From contig CAZHCL010000010.1 in the NCBI GenBank assembly GCA_964530955.1, positions 1 to 35,711 of the forward strand: a DNA stretch of 35,711 nucleotides, read 5' to 3'. This DNA is from Candidatus Woesearchaeota archaeon. Its GTDB lineage: Archaea > Nanobdellota > Nanobdellia > Pacearchaeales > GW2011-AR1. This document shows, in pieces, positions 1 to 6,383 of this stretch. Position numbers and translations under genes: made by a program. A model generated the notes under the pieces. That model had not been told where the DNA came from, did not search any database, and worked only from the letters and a program-made list of their open reading frames with translations. Within the stretch, counting starts at the first letter, position 1, and each line of letters begins with the position of its first letter.

Positions 1-59
1 TAAAATTTTACTATAAACAAATAGTGAATTTAAGGATAAAAGTTTAAATAGGTATTTTT

Positions 60-503
60 ATGATTAAATATATGGCAGAACAATTGAAAATAAAGGATTT
101 ACATCCAGTATTACAATTCTTCTTTGAAACTGGGGCAGAGGTTCAATGCGCTCTACAATCAAGTATTAAAGATGGTAAATTAGAAAAAACCGTTTTAAAT
201 CTTTCTGAGACAGATGAAGAAAATAGAGAAAAAATTGCAGGTTATCTGACCCCTTCTAAAGCTCAAAGAGAAATAGGTATATCTTACAAGTTTCCTATTT
301 ATGCAAGAGAGCACAGTTGGAGAGTTCATTTTGCATATATGAAAGGCAGAGAATTTTTTGAAACTTGTTCATTTGTGGTAAGTGGGGTTAAATCTGAACA
401 TGAAGGGCTTGCTCAATTAAGAGTGATTGCAAGCCAATTACAAAAGGTTTATGGATTATCTTATTCTCCAGAAGTTCTTAGAGATAGACAACCGCTTGCT
501 TGA
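60..503 (+). CDS. hypothetical protein
   Basis: 147-aa ORF with no recognisable motif; the start may be the ATG at 72. Confidence 0.6.
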   Translation: MIKYMAEQLKIKDLHPVLQFFFETGAEVQCALQSSIKDGKLEKTVLNLSETDEENREKIAGYLTPSKAQREIGISYKFPIYAREHSWRVHFAYMKGREFFETCSFVVSGVKSEHEGLAQLRVIASQLQKVYGLSYSPEVLRDRQPLA

Positions 504-570
504 GTTAATATTCTGATTTTGAAAGTATTAGTTTATAATTTAACAATTATTGGTAGATATAGTTGATATT

Positions 571-1329
571 TTAAGCTCTAGGAGTAACTCTCGGTTTTAT
601 TAGAAATGATTTTGATTTTCTATTGTATGATTTGATTTCCTTAGCTTTTATATGGGTGTCTTTTTCTAAAAACTCATTAAAGGATTTATATTCTCCAGTT
701 TCTTTTATGTCCATGTCATACAATTTCCAGTCATCAAAGCAGAAAATAGCTGGTTCAGTTATTAATGGAGCTAGAAAATCAAGAACAGTCTTTGACGAGC
801 TATAAGTATCACAATCAATAAAAACTATTCCTATTTTACCCAAGTCGTATCTTTTTATTGTTTTGTCATTAAGCGTTTTATCATACCAACCCTTTATCCA
901 AGTTATATTATTTGGATTAACACTTCTTCTCTTTAAACATGTTCTCATTTTTTCGAATGAACAACCATAGAATCCTTTTTTCAATACATCGTGTTCTTCA
1001 TCTGTACCTTTAGGTAATCCTTGGAAAGAATCAAATCCAAAAAATCTCATTGATTTAAGATTCATTTTCTTTGCAGTAAGATAAGCACTTCCGATAGATG
1101 AACCATTAAAAACACCAAACTCAAGATAATCGCCTATATCTTTTCCCTTAAAATCTTGAAGAGTTTTCATACAACCAGCAAAAAATGTTTTTAGAGTTTC
1201 AGGTGGGACTAAATTAATCTTACAAATATCATCAACATGACCTTTAGTCCAAGGAGAACCTGGAATAGGACTAAATCTTCTATAAAACTTTATTAATCTC
1301 CTCTTCATAGAACTATATCTAAAGCTCAT
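571..1329 (-). CDS. TylF/MycF-family (macrocin O-methyltransferase-like) SAM-dependent methyltransferase
   Basis: Motifs YLEFGVFNGSS, FDSFQGLP, KGWYDKTL, FIDCDTYSS and FDDW are typical of TylF. Confidence 0.85.
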   Translation of the reverse strand: MSFRYSSMKRRLIKFYRRFSPIPGSPWTKGHVDDICKINLVPPETLKTFFAGCMKTLQDFKGKDIGDYLEFGVFNGSSIGSAYLTAKKMNLKSMRFFGFDSFQGLPKGTDEEHDVLKKGFYGCSFEKMRTCLKRRSVNPNNITWIKGWYDKTLNDKTIKRYDLGKIGIVFIDCDTYSSSKTVLDFLAPLITEPAIFCFDDWKLYDMDIKETGEYKSFNEFLEKDTHIKAKEIKSYNRKSKSFLIKPRVTPRA

Positions 1330-1363
1330 AATTAATACAATTTTTTCATCTTTTTAATCTTTA

Positions 1364-1458
1364 TTATAGACACTTTGTAGACAAAAGCTAGATTATAGAC
1401 TAAGTAGTGGCTACCGATTCAGTCCATAAAATCAGAGATATCCATAAAGTGTCCACAA
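1364..1458. repeat. dyad-symmetric array of six TTRTRGAY boxes around a GTGGCTACCGA-containing spacer
   Basis: TTATAGAC 1364, TTGTAGAC 1375 and TTATAGAC 1393; inverted GTCCATAA 1422, ATCCATAA 1440 and GTCCACAA 1451; spacings 11/18 and 18/11; all three pairs are centred on position 1411. Confidence 0.85.
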
Positions 1459-1596
1459 GCACAAAAGAAAGATATTTAAAGCTTTAACACCTTTTTTAAT
1501 TGTAAAAGAGAAGTGTTGTTTCTTGATGGTCTTAATTAGTTGTTGCTTTGCATATTTTGTCTTAATCCTTGAAAGGTAACAAGGATTTATAAGCAT

Positions 1597-2736
1597 GTGA
1601 AACTAAAGTTTCACATGGTTGATATGTATAAAGAAATTGAAGTTTCATTTGAGAAGCAATTTGAACGAAAACTCCAGAAGGCACTGGACTACTCTCGTTT
1701 CAAAGAGAGAGGATTAAAGTCTAATCCTTTTAATATTGATTTTAGTGGAGACCCTTGGAAAGTGAAGGTAGGTCGAGATGAAGAATTAATTACTGGGATT
1801 GAAAGCCTTAAGGAAATGGCAGACAAGAATACCAAGATGCTCAATATCTTGGCTCCACATGGTTATGGAAAAACAACCTATGAAATTCTTCTTCATAGTT
1901 TGGCTATTAAGTACAATTCAGACTTAGGATTTGAAAAGATTTTATTTATTAGAAATACAACAGAATTTAAACAGTCATTTGTTGATAGTTCATTCACAGC
2001 AGATTCTGATGGAGAAATTATAAAGATACCTCCTAGACTATTTACAGAACTGAAAATGACTAACAAGCCTGCTCTACTTTTTATTGATGATGCAGATATA
2101 ATATTTCAAGATAATCCGAAGACCTTTACTGATGTAACTAATTTAAACAACGTTTTGATAGTTGCTGCCTGGAACAAATCTGCTTGGGAAAGAGCAAAGC
2201 ACATACCCGATGTTAAATTCCCTTCGGTGGAGATAATTATGCTTAATAGACTTTCAAACTCGCAATGTGCAGAAATGGTCCAAAAGAGAATTTCTGAATT
2301 CAAAATGAGCAAGAGAGCAGATAATCTTTTCTCGCAGGACGTTACAGAAACTTTAGCAAGATTAGCCAATGGTAGCCCTCATCGCATTATTCGATTAGCT
2401 AAACGCCTTTTAAGTTACATGCTAGATAAAGGTCTTTTAGAAATCAAGGTAAGCCCAGAGTTTGATGAATTTATAGCTAGTGCAGATGACATTAGTTATG
2501 AAAACTTGAAAAAGAAAATGGTTTCCTTGAGTGAAACTCAAAGGAAAATAATTGAAGAAATGAAAAAAATAGTCGAAGCGGATGCAACTAAAGTAGGAAC
2601 TTTGGTAGGAATAACAAGGGTTGGCGCTATGAAACAATTACATGAGCTTGAAAAAATAGGAATGGTAGTTTCAGTTACAAAAGATAAAAAGAAAATATTT
2701 CAACTAAGAGAGGAGATAGAATATGGAACAGAATAA
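1597..2736 (+). CDS. AAA+ ATPase with C-terminal winged helix (Orc1/Cdc6-like architecture, divergent)
   Basis: Walker A APHGYGKTT, Walker B LLFIDDAD, helical lid NGSPHRII, wHTH LSETQRKII...ATKVGTLVGITRVGAMKQLHELEKIGMV; the true start may be ATG 1615 or 1624. Confidence 0.75.
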   Translation: MKLKFHMVDMYKEIEVSFEKQFERKLQKALDYSRFKERGLKSNPFNIDFSGDPWKVKVGRDEELITGIESLKEMADKNTKMLNILAPHGYGKTTYEILLHSLAIKYNSDLGFEKILFIRNTTEFKQSFVDSSFTADSDGEIIKIPPRLFTELKMTNKPALLFIDDADIIFQDNPKTFTDVTNLNNVLIVAAWNKSAWERAKHIPDVKFPSVEIIMLNRLSNSQCAEMVQKRISEFKMSKRADNLFSQDVTETLARLANGSPHRIIRLAKRLLSYMLDKGLLEIKVSPEFDEFIASADDISYENLKKKMVSLSETQRKIIEEMKKIVEADATKVGTLVGITRVGAMKQLHELEKIGMVVSVTKDKKKIFQLREEIEYGTE

Positions 2737-2795
2737 AACAAAATTATCAACATATCATGAACCTTTTGGATTGTACTTATTTACTACATGAGGTA

Positions 2796-2878
2796 CACGC
2801 CGGCTAGACTCCGTTTGTTCAAGGAGGAAGCCGGACGTGGGCTTTGGGTTATGCTCCATTCGTAGAGGCGCATAATCC
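2796..2878 (+). ncRNA. putative structured RNA or 3' element with two GC-rich hairpins
   Basis: Hairpin 1: CACG/CGTG, CCGGCT/AGCCGG and CTCC/GGAG stems (2796-2839). Hairpin 2: GGGTTATGC/GCATAATCC (2846-2878) with one G-U pair favouring the + strand. Confidence 0.4.
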
Positions 2879-2908
2879 TTTGTCGACTTGACTATGATAC
2901 CATTGTTG

Positions 2909-3049
2909 CTATTTTGGCTTGATTTTTAAATCTTTCTTAATGAGGTCTTCTAAATAATCTGAAATATCTTTGCCAAGCTGAATGCAATGAATCTTTACCT
3001 CTTTCCAAAGAGCCTCATCAATCTTTAGGCTGGTCGATTTGCGAGCCAT
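2909..3049 (-). CDS. ribbon-helix-helix (CopG/Arc/MetJ-like) DNA-binding protein, 46 aa, not in the ORF track
   Basis: Manual translation MARKSTSLKIDEALWKEVKIHCIQLGKDISDYLEDLIKKDLKIKPK*: TSLKID strand, then two helices with the typical S..LE.LI pattern; TATA-like TTTATATA on the minus strand at 3071-3078. Confidence 0.8.
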   Translation of the reverse strand: MARKSTSLKIDEALWKEVKIHCIQLGKDISDYLEDLIKKDLKIKPK

Positions 3050-3054
3050 AGAGT

Positions 3055-3137
3055 TATAGTGTTATGGTGGTATATAAACATGTATGTTGTAGACTAATAA
3101 GGTTTAAATAGTGTTATGGGGGTATAGTGTTATGGTG
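3055..3137. promoter_or_regulatory. three ATAGTGTTATGG direct repeats (candidate RHH operators) in the divergent RHH/transposase promoter
   Basis: Exact 12-mers at 3056-3067, 3108-3119 and 3124-3135, flanking TATA-like boxes at 3071-3078 and 3103-3110. Confidence 0.65.
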
Positions 3138-3175
3138 TTATACAAACGAATAAATTCATATTCACAGGAGAAAAA

Positions 3176-4222
3176 ATGCCTTACTTTAGAAAGCCGATAA
3201 AATCATGGGAAATTAAGAAGCAATGGTTGAAGCAGTTAGAACAAGAAATAGAGAATAAGGAAAAACAAACCACTCTTTATGCTGGTGACGGAGAGATTCT
3301 TGCCAGAAGAGTTATGCCTTTGGATAAACCAGAAAAGTCTCTTGAGCAGGAAAAAGATAAGTTTATTGTAAATATGTCTGATTTCATAGACAGAATTGCA
3401 TTTGAAGAATTACAGGAATACGGACGACCTAGATTCAATTTAAGAGATATTATGAAATGTCTTTTGGTCATGAGTTACAACTGCATGTCTTACAGAAGGT
3501 CTGAATCTGATTTCAGGAGAATGAAAGAAGAGGAAGTTATTAGCGAGATTCCAAAGAAAAGTGTATTAAACAAATATGCCAATTCATTAGAAATTAACAA
3601 TCTCTTAGAAAAGTTAATACAATATTCAGCAACTTTCTTTGTTGAGAATGAATCTACTGTAATTGTAGACTCGACATGGTTTGCAATAAGAAACAAATAT
3701 TATGGCGGGTATGAAACCGTACATGACAAAAGAGGAGCTTCCCTTGATAAAGTCAGAAAGTTGCACATTTGTTGTTTGAAAAATAGCAAAATAATTTCTT
3801 GTGCTAAAGCTACGAAAGGCACTGAAAGTGACTTTAATATGTTTGAAGAGTTGGTCAGAACGACTATTAAAAGAGGATTCAATATTTCCAGATTGTTAGC
3901 AGATGCAGGATACAGTTCGAGAAATAATTATCTTATTTGCAAGGAATTAGGAATACTTAATGCTTTTATTGATTTCAAGAAGAATTCTTCAGTCAAGAGA
4001 AGCAAGAGCGCTCTTTGGCGTGAAAGAGTTAGGATGTGGAAAGAGCAGAAAGAACTCTGGCATGAGACTTATAGATTTAGAGTTGTGATTGAGGGCTTTT
4101 TTAGTGCAATAAAAAGAAAAGGTTTGATATACCTTAGGTCTAAAACTGAGACTGCACAGGACGTTGAATTGCTTTTGAAAGTTTTGGTTTACAATGTTTG
4201 TGTCATTGGGAGGTATACATAA
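3176..4222 (+). CDS. DDE transposase (IS5/IS4 superfamily, DDE_Tnp_1-like)
   Basis: IVDSTWF, RKLHIC, LLADAGYSS and W...YRFRVVIEGFFSAIKRK..LRSK..Q..E give a complete D-D-E triad; AGGAG upstream of the ATG. Confidence 0.88.
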   Translation: MPYFRKPIKSWEIKKQWLKQLEQEIENKEKQTTLYAGDGEILARRVMPLDKPEKSLEQEKDKFIVNMSDFIDRIAFEELQEYGRPRFNLRDIMKCLLVMSYNCMSYRRSESDFRRMKEEEVISEIPKKSVLNKYANSLEINNLLEKLIQYSATFFVENESTVIVDSTWFAIRNKYYGGYETVHDKRGASLDKVRKLHICCLKNSKIISCAKATKGTESDFNMFEELVRTTIKRGFNISRLLADAGYSSRNNYLICKELGILNAFIDFKKNSSVKRSKSALWRERVRMWKEQKELWHETYRFRVVIEGFFSAIKRKGLIYLRSKTETAQDVELLLKVLVYNVCVIGRYT

Positions 4223-4232
4223 AGATTAAAAG

Positions 4233-5087
4233 ATGAGAATATTAAATAAAATCATGGAAAAAGAAGAAGACGTTTTAGAGAGTATAAAAGAAATAAAAAA
4301 GGTTTTAGGTAAACCTTATTTTGAAACGAAAGATTTTATTTTGTATAATCTAGATTGTGTAGAGGCTATGGAAAAGATAAACAAAGAGATTATAAATCTG
4401 ACTATCACTTCTCCACCCTACAATATAGGCAAAGAATACGAAGAGGTTATGCCTGTTAATGAATATGTTAAATGGTCTCAGACATGGATAAACTTAATTC
4501 ATAAGATAACTAAAAATAACGGGTCATTTCTCCTAAATGTAGGTTATTTAGAAGTACCCAAAAAAGGTTTTGCTGTTCCAATTCCATATCTATTATGGGA
4601 CAAGACGCCTTTTTATTTAGTACAAGAGATAGTTTGGAATTATGGTGCAGGAGTGGCTACTAAATATACGTTATCTCCTAGAAATGAAAAAATCTTATGG
4701 TATACAAAAGATATGGAAAATTATACCTTCAACTTGGATGAAATTAGAGATAAAGATGTCAAATATCCAAATCAAAAAAAGAATGGAAAATTAAGATGCA
4801 ATACACTAGGGAAAAATCCTTCAGACGTTTGGCAAATTGCGAAGGTTACTTCTGGCACAGACAGGGCGTCAGAAGAAAGAGCGCCTCATCCAGCTCAATT
4901 CCCAGTAGATATGATTGAAAGAGTTATAAAAGGATTCAGCAATAAGGGTGATTTAATATTAGACCCATTTATAGGTTCTGGAACGACTGCGGAGGTAGCA
5001 ATAAAAAATGGAAGAAAGATTATCGGTTTTGAGATAAATAAGGTATATTGTGATTATATTATTGAAAGAATTAAAAAAATAGAATAA
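4233..5087 (+). CDS. type II DNA methyltransferase, N4/N6 beta class (M.ScaI-like)
   Basis: TSPPYNIGKEY, WNYGAG, HPAQFP and DPFIGSGTT; strongly resembles M.ScaI as I recall it (LGKPY.ET, VKYPNQKKNGKL). Confidence 0.92.
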   Translation: MRILNKIMEKEEDVLESIKEIKKVLGKPYFETKDFILYNLDCVEAMEKINKEIINLTITSPPYNIGKEYEEVMPVNEYVKWSQTWINLIHKITKNNGSFLLNVGYLEVPKKGFAVPIPYLLWDKTPFYLVQEIVWNYGAGVATKYTLSPRNEKILWYTKDMENYTFNLDEIRDKDVKYPNQKKNGKLRCNTLGKNPSDVWQIAKVTSGTDRASEERAPHPAQFPVDMIERVIKGFSNKGDLILDPFIGSGTTAEVAIKNGRKIIGFEINKVYCDYIIERIKKIE

Positions 5088-5096
5088 GTCTAACAA

Positions 5097-5687
5097 TTAT
5101 CTTTTATAAATTACAACTAATTTATATTTGTCTGCAAGGTTGCTTACACTGGCTTGTTGACCTGTTTCAGAAGATTGAGAAATCCAGTCAGAATGGTCCA
5201 ACCACCCAAATCTAATTAATCTTATTTGAGGATTAGTTGATTCGTCAAACTTCTCAAAGTTTACTGCAAGATAATATCCGCTTTTATCCTTCTTTGATGA
5301 ATTTCCTTTCTGTCCATAGCTTCGGTTACCAAAAATTTTATTTTTATTAGAAGACGTTTTTATCTCTACAGAATAGAAAGGGTTCGGCAAATAAACTAAG
5401 TCTTTCTCCCCAACATCTTTTTCCTTTTTCCATAACTTAGGGTATTTTGCCTTAAGTTTTAGTGGGATAAGTTCATGCAAAAAGAAGCCCATTATTTGAG
5501 GACTTGGAAATATGTCTTTTCCTATCTTAAAATGCTCTGTGCCTATGCCAGAATCAAATATGCTTTTCCAAGACTCAAGAGTAGCATCAGCCATATCTCT
5601 AAGCGACAATGGGTGTTTTTTAATAAGGTCTTGAGTTATAGAAAGCCAATTCTTCTCGGGTTGTCCTTCATATGGAGATGCGACCAT
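5097..5687 (-). CDS. type II restriction endonuclease, ScaI family
   Basis: SPY.G, PSPQIMGFFLHELIP, EKDLVY, SVEIKTSS, IFGNRSY, GYYLAVNFEK, RFGWLDHSDW and TGQQAS are characteristic of R.ScaI; convergent with the MTase. Confidence 0.85.
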   Translation of the reverse strand: MVASPYEGQPEKNWLSITQDLIKKHPLSLRDMADATLESWKSIFDSGIGTEHFKIGKDIFPSPQIMGFFLHELIPLKLKAKYPKLWKKEKDVGEKDLVYLPNPFYSVEIKTSSNKNKIFGNRSYGQKGNSSKKDKSGYYLAVNFEKFDESTNPQIRLIRFGWLDHSDWISQSSETGQQASVSNLADKYKLVVIYKR

Positions 5688-5718
5688 AAATACGGGAGAA
5701 TTAGATGATATTTAGACT

Positions 5719-5793
5719 TTATGGACAGTTTGTGGATGGTTTTAGGTGATTGTGGATAAGATGAGATTTTATGGACTGACTTGTGGCTACCGA
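5719..5793. repeat. half-array of four TTRTGGAY boxes followed by the GTGGCTACCGA core
   Basis: TTATGGAC 5719, TTGTGGAT 5730, TTGTGGAT 5750 and TTATGGAC 5769; core at 5783-5793; 5719-5737 is 15/19 identical to 1364-1382. Confidence 0.85.
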
Positions 5794-5805
5794 AAGATTT
5801 ATATA
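5790..5805 (+). promoter_or_regulatory. BRE-TATA promoter of the AbrB-cdc48 operon
   Basis: CCGAAAGA-TTTATATA matches the archaeal BRE/TATA consensus, 54 nt upstream of ATG 5859. Confidence 0.6.
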
Positions 5806-5858
5806 TCCGTGTATACGAGATGTGTATATACAAAAGATAACTTATACCTAAATAAAAA

Positions 5859-6383
5859 ATGACAGACATATTTGATGCGAGGATTTTATGCAAGAAATGC
5901 AACAAGGAAATGAAGCCTACTATTGTGAATCGCAATGGCTTGGAACTTAGAGCAATAGAATGTCCTAATTGCAAAGATAAAATAATTCATCCTGCTGACC
6001 TTAACGGGCTTGAGCAATTCAGAGACTTGAAGGATAAAAAATTTAATGTTAAACTGAGAATGGTTGGGAACAGCCATGCGATTTCTATACCAAAAGAAAT
6101 AATTGATTTCATGAGTGACAGGCACAAGGATATGCGCAGACAAATGGATGATATGGTAAGATTATGGTTTGATGATTTTGATACTCTGAAAGTAAGTTTC
6201 TTTGATGAAGAAATGAATCATGGTGCTGGGAGTATGCATAGTTCAGATGATGGAAACATAAAAAGAAGGGTTCATGACGATGGAAGAGGTAATATAGATG
6301 TTGTTGAAGAACAAACTTTAAATGAGCCCAACACATCCATCAAAAGAATAAGAATAAGAAAAATAAGGAGACAAGATGATTAA
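5859..6383 (+). CDS. zinc-ribbon plus AbrB/MazE-type DNA-binding domain protein
   Basis: CKKC...CPNC zinc ribbon; VKLRMVGNSHAISIPKEI swapped-hairpin signature. Confidence 0.8.
   Translation: MTDIFDARILCKKCNKEMKPTIVNRNGLELRAIECPNCKDKIIHPADLNGLEQFRDLKDKKFNVKLRMVGNSHAISIPKEIIDFMSDRHKDMRRQMDDMVRLWFDDFDTLKVSFFDEEMNHGAGSMHSSDDGNIKRRVHDDGRGNIDVVEEQTLNEPNTSIKRIRIRKIRRQDD

Larger units (their letters stand above)
1405..5793. mobile_element. putative ~4.4 kb integrated element (AAA+/wHTH, RHH, DDE transposase, ScaI-like RM)
   Basis: Direct repeat GTGGCTACCGA at 1407-1417 and 5783-5793, within a 21/25-identical repeat at 1393-1417 and 5769-5793; perfect 15-bp inverted repeat at 1419-1433 and 5765-5779; mobile and defence cargo between them. 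Confidence 0.6.

Noticed and set aside
1526-1579. 17-aa hydrophobic ORF MVLISCCFAYFVLILER as a possible type I toxin or leader peptide
   Set aside because: It is too short, T-rich DNA readily yields such peptides, and there is no independent support.
2788-2865. 25-aa ORF across the hairpin region
   Set aside because: The composition is atypical for this genome and is better explained by RNA structure.
2790-4218. GAGGTACAC (2790) and GAGGTATAC (4210) as a 9-bp target-site duplication of an inner IS
   Set aside because: There is one mismatch, the second copy lies inside the transposase coding end, and no terminal inverted repeats lie just inside the two copies.
5751-5759. Perfect bacterial DnaA box (TGTGGATAA) suggesting a bacterial oriC
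   Set aside because: The host is clearly archaeal and there is no dnaA here. The box is one member of the TTRTRGAY array, whose other copies deviate from the DnaA consensus.
1364-5793. Interpretation as a casposon or a Tn7/CAST element
   Set aside because: There is no Cas1, protein-primed PolB, TnsB/TniQ or Cas effector inside the boundaries, and the transposase is IS5/IS4-like.
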